Part shown: positions 18,493 to 26,141 of the stretch, in pieces
How the letters are laid out: the number at the start of each line of letters is the position of its first letter
Numbering within the stretch: position 1 is the first letter of the stretch
Assembly (NCBI RefSeq): GCF_043950625.1
Contig: NZ_CP171007.1
DNA: 32,000 bases
Reading direction: 5' to 3' (one strand)
From: Alkanindiges sp. WGS2144
Lineage (GTDB): Bacteria; Pseudomonadota; Gammaproteobacteria; Pseudomonadales; Moraxellaceae
Notes under the pieces: generated by a model
Databases searched by the model: none
Told to the model about the DNA's origin: nothing
The model's input: only the letters and a program-made list of their open reading frames with translations
Made by a program: the position numbers and the translations under genes

Positions 18493-19881
18493 ATGTTTTT
18501 TACCAAAAATAAATTGGCTTTAGCCGTTGTGATAAATGTGAGTGTTTGGGGTTTAGGGGGAGTTCAATCTGCACAAGCGGGGTTGTTTAGCGATTATGCC
18601 ACTGATGCCCAGGCTTTTCGTTCTTCCTTAATTCAACCGAGCTCAGATACGCTTTTTTTAACCTTGGAAAAAAAGCAAAAATCTAAAGATGCAATCTTGT
18701 TTTTACTGGAAAAAGCTCGCTTGCAGCAGTCTCACCAGCAATATGAAGACAGCAAACAATCATTTGAAGCCGCATTTGCTCTACTGGATGAGAAGCAAAA
18801 TCAGGCAAAGATCAGCGCTTCAGCGATTGGTTATAAAGCCTTATCGCTGGTAAGTAATGACAGCGTGGTACCTTACAATATACCAGGTTATGAACAGGTG
18901 CTGGCACATGTTTCCCAGGCCATTAATTTTCTGGCCTTGAACAATCCTGAAGGTGCAGCCGTTGAGATGCGTATTGCCCAGCGCATCCAGCGTGAAATTG
19001 AGCTGGATCATAGTAAAGAGGCGGAAAAAGCCGAGAAAGCAGCAAAAAAAGATAGCAAAACGCCCCCTGAAGATGAGGAAAATGATGACAAGTACGAAGA
19101 AGCCTTTGCGGGTCTAAGTACCATTGCAGGTAAGGTTAAAAACACTTATCAGAATGCTTATGCGTTTTATATGGCGGCTACCTTATGGGAGGCCCTGGGC
19201 GAACATAACGATGCGCTGGTTGACTATAAAAAGGCCTATGAGTTACAGCCTGATAATTATATTAAGCAGGATGTGACGCGGCTGGATGCTGGCCATAAGC
19301 AGGCTGGTGCTAGCTATCCGGTAGTGGTATTTCTGGAGCAGGGTCTAATTCCGCAAAAAGTGCCAGCCAGTTTTGCTTTTCCTACCACTGATGGCCTGAT
19401 CAATATTTCTTATGCCAGCTATGATCCGGCCAGCTATATCACTCCCGTGCCTGCTACCATTCTGGTCGATGGTCGCCAGATCACCACCACCAATCCGCTG
19501 TCTGATATTGGTGCCCTGGCCGTCAAAACCCTTAAAGAAGCCGTCATAGGCAATATGGCTACCCAGATTGCCCGTTCAACGGCTAAATACGCGGTACAAA
19601 AGGAAATGGGCAACCGCCTTGGTATTTTTGGTCAGCTGGCCGGCAACCTATACAACACTGCCACCGAAAAAGCAGATACCCGCGCCTGGAACACGTTACC
19701 AGGTAATGCCCAGGTTGCCCGCTTTTTATTACCAGCCGGAAACCACACTTTAGAGCTGGTCAATGGTGCAGTGCGTAAAAGTATCGATATTGAAGTTAGC
19801 CCTAACCACACCACATTTGTGCATGGTATTGAAGCCAATGAGCAAATGGCGGCCAGTAGCTTTAAGGTAGGCCAGCAATAA
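18493..19881 (+). CDS. Exported protein of unknown function: TPR-like helical N-half, charged insert, beta-rich C-half (COG3014-like by recollection)
   Basis: A signal peptide ends SAQA/G. The TPR-like segment is NAYAFYMAATLWEALGEHNDALVDYKKAYELQPDN and the Lys/Glu/Asp-rich insert is EAEKAEKAAKKDSKTPPEDEENDDKYEE. It is the first gene of a tightly spaced four-gene set. Confidence 0.6.
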   Translation: MFFTKNKLALAVVINVSVWGLGGVQSAQAGLFSDYATDAQAFRSSLIQPSSDTLFLTLEKKQKSKDAILFLLEKARLQQSHQQYEDSKQSFEAAFALLDEKQNQAKISASAIGYKALSLVSNDSVVPYNIPGYEQVLAHVSQAINFLALNNPEGAAVEMRIAQRIQREIELDHSKEAEKAEKAAKKDSKTPPEDEENDDKYEEAFAGLSTIAGKVKNTYQNAYAFYMAATLWEALGEHNDALVDYKKAYELQPDNYIKQDVTRLDAGHKQAGASYPVVVFLEQGLIPQKVPASFAFPTTDGLINISYASYDPASYITPVPATILVDGRQITTTNPLSDIGALAVKTLKEAVIGNMATQIARSTAKYAVQKEMGNRLGIFGQLAGNLYNTATEKADTRAWNTLPGNAQVARFLLPAGNHTLELVNGAVRKSIDIEVSPNHTTFVHGIEANEQMAASSFKVGQQ

Positions 19882-19925
19882 GTCTGGTTTCAAAAATTTT
19901 AATAGTTAAATCACTGAGGAAGATT

Positions 19926-20330
19926 ATGAAAACAACACATTTCATGGCTGCATTAACCTTAATAGCAGCTAGCCTGACCGGATGCACCGCGCCCAATGCC
20001 ATGCTGACCACTACTGATAGTGAGGGGAACAGTAGTGTACGGACGATTACCAACAATGCGGTGTTATCCACCCGTATTGGCGTCAACCGCGTGAACATGA
20101 CTAATCTGGGCGATATTAAGCGCGTATCCCTATCCCTGAAAAATGGCTGGTACTATGCGCAGGCTTTTGAGTACAAGATTGTCTGGATGGACGCTTCAGG
20201 TACAGAAATCAATCCTGAAGGTGCAACCTGGAAGCCTGTTTCTCTACAGGGTCGTGAGGCCAAAACAGTACAGTCTGTAGCGCCTAACCCGAGTGCTGTT
20301 GACATCGTGGTTTATCTAAAAAAAGTTTAA
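19926..20330 (+). CDS. ycfL: YcfL-type (DUF1425) lipoprotein
   Basis: Lipobox LTGC is present. FEYKIVWMDASGTEINPEGATWKPVSLQGREAKTVQSVAPNPSAVDIVVYL parallels the E. coli YcfL segment YRFYWYDARGLEM...VTIPAHSSVTL...A...RLYL. A GAGGAA RBS is present. Confidence 0.7.
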   Translation: MKTTHFMAALTLIAASLTGCTAPNAMLTTTDSEGNSSVRTITNNAVLSTRIGVNRVNMTNLGDIKRVSLSLKNGWYYAQAFEYKIVWMDASGTEINPEGATWKPVSLQGREAKTVQSVAPNPSAVDIVVYLKKV

Positions 20331-20365
20331 TACACCCTTTTAATTGTTGATCAGGAAATGAATCT

Positions 20366-20971
20366 ATGAAAATTAAAGCATTGCAGGCTGGCGTTTTACT
20401 GGCAGCGGCGGCTGCATTAGGTGGTTGTGCCTCAACTGGCGGCGTTGCCTACGGAGATGCACAAGCCGTTGAAACCCTGACTCAGGATTTTGGTTCAACC
20501 GACCTGCAAATGATCGCCAGTAAAATGGTGGACGATATGCTGGCTTTCCCGCCTATTATCCAGATGACCCAGAATCGCCGTCCGGTGATGTTCGTTGACC
20601 GCATCAAAAACAAGTCACAGGAACACATCGACACCGAATCCATTACCGATACCATTCAAAATAAGCTGATCAACTCTGGCAAGTTCCGTTTTGTAGATAT
20701 GTCCTCTGTAGGTGCCGTGGCTGACCAGCTGGCCTATCAACAGCAAAGTGGCATGGTCGACAAGCGTACCGCGGTACCAACCGGCGCCCAGATTGGTGCA
20801 GAGTACATGTTAAACGGCAACCTCTCCAGCATTGTTAAAAATGCAGGGGGCAAAAGCGATGTATATTATAAATTCACCCTGAAACTGCTTAACCTGAAAA
20901 CCGGTATTGTTGAATGGACTGGTGAAAAAGAAATTCGTAAATCTGCTAAAAAGGCAGTATTTGGCCGTTAA
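20366..20971 (+). CDS. lpoB: LpoB-type (COG3417) outer-membrane lipoprotein
   Basis: Lipobox LGGC is present. DLQMIASKMVDDML...PVMFVDRIKNKSQEHIDTESITDTIQNKLINSGKFRFV...IGAEYMLNGNL...LKLLNLKTGIVEW parallels the E. coli LpoB C-terminal domain. Functional equivalence (PBP1B activation) is not established here. Confidence 0.65.
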   Translation: MKIKALQAGVLLAAAAALGGCASTGGVAYGDAQAVETLTQDFGSTDLQMIASKMVDDMLAFPPIIQMTQNRRPVMFVDRIKNKSQEHIDTESITDTIQNKLINSGKFRFVDMSSVGAVADQLAYQQQSGMVDKRTAVPTGAQIGAEYMLNGNLSSIVKNAGGKSDVYYKFTLKLLNLKTGIVEWTGEKEIRKSAKKAVFGR

Positions 20972-20991
20972 TTTGTAGTTGCCAATAAAAT

Positions 20992-21026
20992 GCTACTGCG
21001 TGGATTGACTTCAAGCACGCAGTAGC
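20992..21026 (+). other. Intercistronic stem-loop between the lpoB-like gene and the fourth operon gene
   Basis: A perfect 11-bp stem, gctactgcgtg (20992-21002) pairing with cacgcagtagc (21016-21026), has a 13-nt loop and no downstream U-tract. It sits 20 nt after the upstream stop and 19 nt before the next ATG. Confidence 0.6.
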
Positions 21027-21045
21027 CATAAACAAGAGACAAATA

Positions 21046-22038
21046 ATGAAGAAGATAGTTTGTGGTGTCCTGCTGGCTTTGGCTGCCTTCCCGGCACTGG
21101 CTACGATTCAGGAAGTGATGCAGGAAGCAACTGGTTCCGGGTCTACCCGGCAGCAGGCCATTGCTGAGGCTCTGCTTACCGCAGCTCAGTCCGTTAATGG
21201 AACAGTGGTTAGTCCCGGCATGGACATGGCAGAACAGGTTTCCATGGTGGTGACCAACAATGGCTGGAACTACCAGAGCAAAAGCTCGCCGGTTTTTAGT
21301 GTTAATACCCAGACCAACGGGACGATTAGCCGTTTTCAGGTACTCAGCGTTTCAGGCTCTGGCAAGAGCTATACGGCTAGAGTACGAGCCTATATTCCAA
21401 AATACCAGTCCAGCGTAGCGGATAGTCATTTACGCCGGATGGCTGTTATGCCGTTTCAGGTCATGAGTGCTAAATTTGATCTGGCCAATGGCGATGATGC
21501 GGATGATTTTGTCACCGAACTGGCTGACTTAATTGGGACACAGCTCACCAACTCCAGGCAATTAAGCCTGCTAAGCCGTGACTACATTGGCGAAATGGCC
21601 TATGAAAATGCCTTTTTACAGTGGGATGGTTCACCGGCTGAAATGGCACGTATCGGGCAAAAAGTGGGGGCAGATTATATTCTGGTAGGCCGGATTAGCG
21701 AAGCACGCACCGTTCAGGGTCGCTCTTTCTATGGCGCCATTCCTGCTGAGCGCGAATCTATCCGCTTAAACTGGCGCGTGATTGAGGTCAATACTGGCAA
21801 AATTGCCGCAGCGGGTACGGTAAACCAGTTACAGCGCCAGCAAATGGCCTCGCTGATTCATGATGATAGCCCAGCCACTGTGGCAGAGCTGGTGGCTGAC
21901 CAGGTCAGCAATGAGGTACTGAGCGGCTTATCCCTACAGGTAAGAAGTACCGCACCAGTTGTCAGCAATGCTCCCCTACCTCCACTGTCAGATGCTGATC
22001 TAACCCCGGGTTCCAGCGAAAAACCTGTACAATGGTAA
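21046..22038 (+). CDS. Exported two-domain protein: LPP20/FlgT-N-like N-domain plus CsgG/LpoB/TolB-N-like domain
   Basis: The signal peptide MKKIVCGVLLALAAFPALA/T is signal peptidase I type with no lipobox. The N-domain contains EATGSGSTRQQAIAEALLTAAQSVNGTVVS. The second domain contains RRMAVMPFQV...LADLIGTQLTNSRQLSLLSRD...IGQKVGADYILVGRISEA...IRLNWRVIEVNTGKIAAAG. The Pro-rich tail ends in W. The fold assignment comes from motif recognition only. Confidence 0.6.
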   Translation: MKKIVCGVLLALAAFPALATIQEVMQEATGSGSTRQQAIAEALLTAAQSVNGTVVSPGMDMAEQVSMVVTNNGWNYQSKSSPVFSVNTQTNGTISRFQVLSVSGSGKSYTARVRAYIPKYQSSVADSHLRRMAVMPFQVMSAKFDLANGDDADDFVTELADLIGTQLTNSRQLSLLSRDYIGEMAYENAFLQWDGSPAEMARIGQKVGADYILVGRISEARTVQGRSFYGAIPAERESIRLNWRVIEVNTGKIAAAGTVNQLQRQQMASLIHDDSPATVAELVADQVSNEVLSGLSLQVRSTAPVVSNAPLPPLSDADLTPGSSEKPVQW

Positions 22039-22057
22039 AAGTGTGAGTTGAAACACC

Positions 22058-22088
22058 AAAAAGCAGCCCTCTTTAAAGGCTGCTTTTT
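22058..22088. terminator. Bidirectional rho-independent terminator (envelope operon / relA)
   Basis: The stem aaaaagcagcc (22058-22068) pairs with ggctgcttttt (22078-22088) around a 9-nt loop. An A-run lies upstream and a T-run downstream, so it can work on both strands. It lies between convergent genes. Confidence 0.75.
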
Positions 22089-22208
22089 TAATTCCGGTTA
22101 AGTTTTTCTCTTGCAAGAACAATACATTACTTGTCGCAGGTGAATATCATCCAGTAGGTGGATAAGCCTAAATTTGTCCACAACCCTGCCTGAATGACCT
22201 ATTTATAC

Positions 22209-24512
22209 TCAATTCCCATGTACCAGCCTTCTGGCACTGATAATCCCCGGTTGCTGTTCCAGGCGTGCCAATAGACGGGATAGCTGAGCCAGTCCCTTGA
22301 CCTCAATCGACAGTTTCATATTGGCAATACCATCGTTTTCCGACACGGTATTCACCTGCCGGATATTGATATGGTCAGCAAAGATTACCTGAGTCAGGTC
22401 TTTTAATAAACCACGGCGATCATAAGCTTCTATGACAATCTGTACGCTCTGACCACGGGTGGGCTGCATTTCCCAGTCAGCCTCAATGGCGCGTTCTGGT
22501 TCCAGCGTGGTCATGCGCTTGTATTCAGGACAGCTTTGCTTATGAATGCTCACCCCACGATTAAGGGTAATATAGCCACCAATTAGCTCACCATGCACCG
22601 GTTGGCAACACTGCGCCACATGCAGCTCCACATTATCCAGGCCATCAATCAAAATACCATGCGCTGATAATCTCTGACTGGCACGTGGATTAAGGGCAGG
22701 CTTTAAGATTAATTCCGGCTCATCCTGATCAATGCGCAACTGGCGGTTAATCTGGTTCATTAGCTGATGCAGGCTAATATCACCAGTCACCAGTCCAATC
22801 AGAACATCATCCCCACTTTTAACATTAAAAACATCACAATAATCATTTAAATCAATGCTTTTGGGATGAACAGCCAGCCGTGCCAGTTCTTTGTTAAGAA
22901 TCTCCCGGCCAATTTCCAGATTTTTACTGCGATCCTGCTGCCTGAACCAGTGGCGCAACTTATCCCGTGCCCGTGAAGTGGTGATATAACCCAGTGAATT
23001 GACCAGCCAGTCCCGGTTGGGTTCACGATCACGCTTGGTTAAAATCTCTACCTGCTCGCCGGTTTTAAGCCGGTAGGTTAAAGGCACGTAACGCTGATTT
23101 ACCCGCGCTGCGTAACAGTGGTTACCCACCTCGGTATGCACATGATAGGCAAAATCCAGTACCGTGGCATCGCGCGGCAACTCCTTGATATCGCCATCAC
23201 GGGTAAACACATAAATCTGTTCAAAGCCGTCAATGTCCCTGAGCTGCTCAATATCATCAATATCAGGTTCCTGACTGGAGTCTTCATCGTCCAGCCGCTC
23301 CTGATAATGCTCCAGCACAGCGCGTAGGGAATGCAGCCGGTGATTAAAAAACTGGTCAGTGCGCTTGGTACCTTCTTTATAGTTAAAATGTGAACATACG
23401 CCAATTTCAGCCTCGTGGTGCATGGCATAGGTACGAATCTGTACTTCTAAAGATTTGTGTTCGGCAATCACGGCGGTATGCAGTGAACGGTAACCATTGG
23501 CCTTGGGATTGGTAATATAGTCATCAAACTGGTTGGGGATATGCCGCCAGAGCTGATGCACGATGCCCAAGCTGTGATAGCACTCTGGCACAGTATTGAC
23601 CAGCACCCGCAAGGCGCGGATATCATACAACTGGTCAAAACTCAGCTCCTTGCTACGCATTTTGCGATAAATGGAGTAAATGTGCTTGGCCCGGCCAGTG
23701 ACCTCAGCCGTAATCCCCTGTGCGGTCAGCTCCGTCTTAAGCTGATCTATCACTTTCTGGATGTATTGTTCACGCTCTAGCCGCTTTTCATTGAGTAAAG
23801 TGGCAATTTCCTTATAGCGCTCTGGCGACAAATAGCGAAAGGCTAAATCTTCCAGCTCCCATTTAAGCTGGGCAATTCCCAGGCGGTGCGCAAGTGGCGC
23901 ATAAATAGACAAAATTTCGCGGGCAACCCGCTCCTGCCGCTCGCGTGGCGCACTGGCCAGTTCACGCACGGCAAAGGTTCGCTCAGCCAGCTTGATCAAC
24001 ACCACACGTACATCTTCGGTCACCGAAATCAGCATTTTATAAATGCCGGTCAGGTGCTCGCGCTGGCTGTTTTCAAAGTGATCTTCCAGCCGCTTGTTTT
24101 TTTCAATCAGCTCAGACAGGCGTCCCATGGCCAGCGTGCCTTTAACCAGCAAGGCCACATCCTGCCCAAAGCGTTCAGCTACTTCGTCCAGTTCAATAAT
24201 GTTATCACGCACACTACGGTACAGCATGGCTGCCATAAGAGTGTGCTCATCAACCTTTAAATGCGCCAGAATATCGCTCATGCCCACGCCAGTTGAAAAG
24301 GCATTGGAGCGATGTGCGGATTTTTGTGAAAGCGTCCGCTCCTGTACCAGATGACAGGTTTTTTCCAGCTGCTTTAGCGCGGTGCCTTCAAGCTGGGCGC
24401 GCAAGCGCTCCAGCCAGGTGACCAGATCAATTTCACTAAATGCCAGTTCATCCGTTTGAGTAATATCAGCATCGTCTAGCCGTCTAGGTAATTCTTCACG
24501 TACCGTGACCAT
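22209..24512 (-). CDS. relA: GTP pyrophosphokinase RelA ((p)ppGpp synthetase I)
   Basis: The N-terminal HD region is degenerate, with no intact HD hydrolase motif. The synthetase block is RAKHIYSIYRKM...YRSLHTAV and the TGS domain is IYVFTRDGDIKELPRDATVLDFAYHVHTEVG. A C-terminal ACT-like domain is present. The start is trimmed to ATG 24512 (MVTVREEL), which has a GGGAG RBS. Confidence 0.9.
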   Translation of the reverse strand: MVTVREELPRRLDDADITQTDELAFSEIDLVTWLERLRAQLEGTALKQLEKTCHLVQERTLSQKSAHRSNAFSTGVGMSDILAHLKVDEHTLMAAMLYRSVRDNIIELDEVAERFGQDVALLVKGTLAMGRLSELIEKNKRLEDHFENSQREHLTGIYKMLISVTEDVRVVLIKLAERTFAVRELASAPRERQERVAREILSIYAPLAHRLGIAQLKWELEDLAFRYLSPERYKEIATLLNEKRLEREQYIQKVIDQLKTELTAQGITAEVTGRAKHIYSIYRKMRSKELSFDQLYDIRALRVLVNTVPECYHSLGIVHQLWRHIPNQFDDYITNPKANGYRSLHTAVIAEHKSLEVQIRTYAMHHEAEIGVCSHFNYKEGTKRTDQFFNHRLHSLRAVLEHYQERLDDEDSSQEPDIDDIEQLRDIDGFEQIYVFTRDGDIKELPRDATVLDFAYHVHTEVGNHCYAARVNQRYVPLTYRLKTGEQVEILTKRDREPNRDWLVNSLGYITTSRARDKLRHWFRQQDRSKNLEIGREILNKELARLAVHPKSIDLNDYCDVFNVKSGDDVLIGLVTGDISLHQLMNQINRQLRIDQDEPELILKPALNPRASQRLSAHGILIDGLDNVELHVAQCCQPVHGELIGGYITLNRGVSIHKQSCPEYKRMTTLEPERAIEADWEMQPTRGQSVQIVIEAYDRRGLLKDLTQVIFADHINIRQVNTVSENDGIANMKLSIEVKGLAQLSRLLARLEQQPGIISARRLVHGN

Positions 24513-24650
24513 GCTACACTCCCATTGCGTTTTTACATTCCATCGTGTTACCGCTTCTGCTGTCCGGCAAAGGCACATCTACTGTACCTAAAGCTCCTGG
24601 TTGTTTTTAAACAAGAATATAGAAGCTTTGGTCAGCAGGCCATCTTTAAT

Positions 24651-26048
24651 TTATCGCTCATCACGCTCAAATAGGGCAATGGATTCAACATGCCCGGTAT
24701 GGGTAAACATGTCCATCACCCCGGCCTTTTTCATGCGGTAACCCGACTGCGCTAGTATACCTGCATCACGCGCCAGCGTGGCTGGATTACACGAGACATA
24801 AACAATTCGTTTTGCTTTAAATTTTGGTAAATAATGCATCACTTCTTCCGCACCGGAACGCGGCGGGTCAATTAATAAGGCGTCAAAACCCTGTACCGCC
24901 CATGGCTGATGTGAGAAATCCTTGGTTAGATCCTGCGCATGGAACTCAAGGTTATCCAGGCCATTTAATGCCGCGTTCTCAAAGCCACGCTCGACCATCT
25001 CCTGACTGCCTTCCACTGCCACCACATGACCACTTTTGCCTACAGACCTTGCCAGTGGCAGGGAAAAATTACCCAGCCCACAAAACAGATCCAGCACACG
25101 CTCACCGGATTTTAAGTCCAGCAGATCAATGGCAAGCTTGACCATTTGCCGATTGATGCCTGCATTCACCTGAGTAAAATCCAGCGGCGAAAAAGCAAAG
25201 CGTATATTAAAGTCAGGCAGTTCATAATGCAGGCGCATGGGTGCCTCTGGCGTATCAACACGGTGCACGCTGTCATACCCTTCCGGTTGTAAATACAATT
25301 GCCAGTTGAGCGGCCGGACAAAATCCAGCAGCGCCTGAACATCCTGCTCCGGTAGCGGCTGCAAGTGGCGCACAATCATGGCTACGCTTTCACTGCCGGC
25401 AATATCATCACCTACTGCCATTTCCAGCTGCGGAATATGCTCACGCGCCACCAGACCACCCAGTAACTGTTTTAATGCCTCAATGCGCTCGCCAATCTGG
25501 GCATCCAGCACCTTGCAGACATTCAGCTCGGCCAGATAGCCACTTTTACGCTCCCGAAAACCCACCAGCATACTATCTTTTTTAATCACCCAGCGCACGC
25601 CAAGACGCGCTTTGCGGCGGTAGTCGGTACGGGTGGAGCGCAAGGCAGGTAACCACTCCTCAGGACTAAGCCCGCCAAAATGCTGAAAATGCGAGGCCAG
25701 AACATCCTGCTTAAAATTAATCTGCGCATCCGGGTGCATATGTTGCAGGCTACAGCCACCGCATACACCAAAATGGGGACATACTGGCTCAACCCGGGCG
25801 GGTGACAAATTGGCAACTACTGTTTCACAGTCGGCTTCTTCATATTTTTTATGCAGTTCATGCACCTTGGCAGTCACCGTTTCACCCGGCAGGCCAAATG
25901 CCACAAATACTTTTTTGCCTGTTTTATCTTCGGGGTGATCCGGCTGCTGCCCATAATGGCTAATACCACGGCCCTCATGACTTAAAGCTTCAATTGTAAA
26001 AGTTAAGGGAGGTTGGGCGCGCAGGCGCTCACGTTGCTTACGTCTCAT
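24651..26048 (-). CDS. rlmD: 23S rRNA (uracil1939-C5)-methyltransferase RlmD (RumA)
   Basis: An N-terminal TRAM-like domain is followed by the Fe-S cysteines CPHFGVCGGCSLQH, the SAM motif VLDLFCGLGNFSLPLA and the catalytic VSCNPATLARD. It lies upstream of relA, as in E. coli. Confidence 0.9.
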   Translation of the reverse strand: MRRKQRERLRAQPPLTFTIEALSHEGRGISHYGQQPDHPEDKTGKKVFVAFGLPGETVTAKVHELHKKYEEADCETVVANLSPARVEPVCPHFGVCGGCSLQHMHPDAQINFKQDVLASHFQHFGGLSPEEWLPALRSTRTDYRRKARLGVRWVIKKDSMLVGFRERKSGYLAELNVCKVLDAQIGERIEALKQLLGGLVAREHIPQLEMAVGDDIAGSESVAMIVRHLQPLPEQDVQALLDFVRPLNWQLYLQPEGYDSVHRVDTPEAPMRLHYELPDFNIRFAFSPLDFTQVNAGINRQMVKLAIDLLDLKSGERVLDLFCGLGNFSLPLARSVGKSGHVVAVEGSQEMVERGFENAALNGLDNLEFHAQDLTKDFSHQPWAVQGFDALLIDPPRSGAEEVMHYLPKFKAKRIVYVSCNPATLARDAGILAQSGYRMKKAGVMDMFTHTGHVESIALFERDER

Positions 26049-26141
26049 GCGTTGGATCTCAAAACGGTATTACATCATGGATAAACAGGACTTCATGCGG
26101 ACAGGCAATGACAGCCAGCATTAAAACCTGAAAATAAAAAT

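Noticed and set aside
17493-24512. Search for a mazEF-type toxin-antitoxin pair between relA and mazG.
   Set aside because: No pair of small co-directional ORFs is present. The interval is fully accounted for by the four-gene operon and two short intergenic regions.
24513-24578. N-terminal extensions offered by the ORF track for relA. The same applies to 1097-1111, 150-158, 4799-4816, 5427-5501, 8341-8391, 11256-11291, 12193-12234 and 29036-29086.
   Set aside because: The internal ATGs coincide with the conserved family N-termini. They have better Shine-Dalgarno context or remove overlaps with the upstream gene. Several of the extensions start at TTG.
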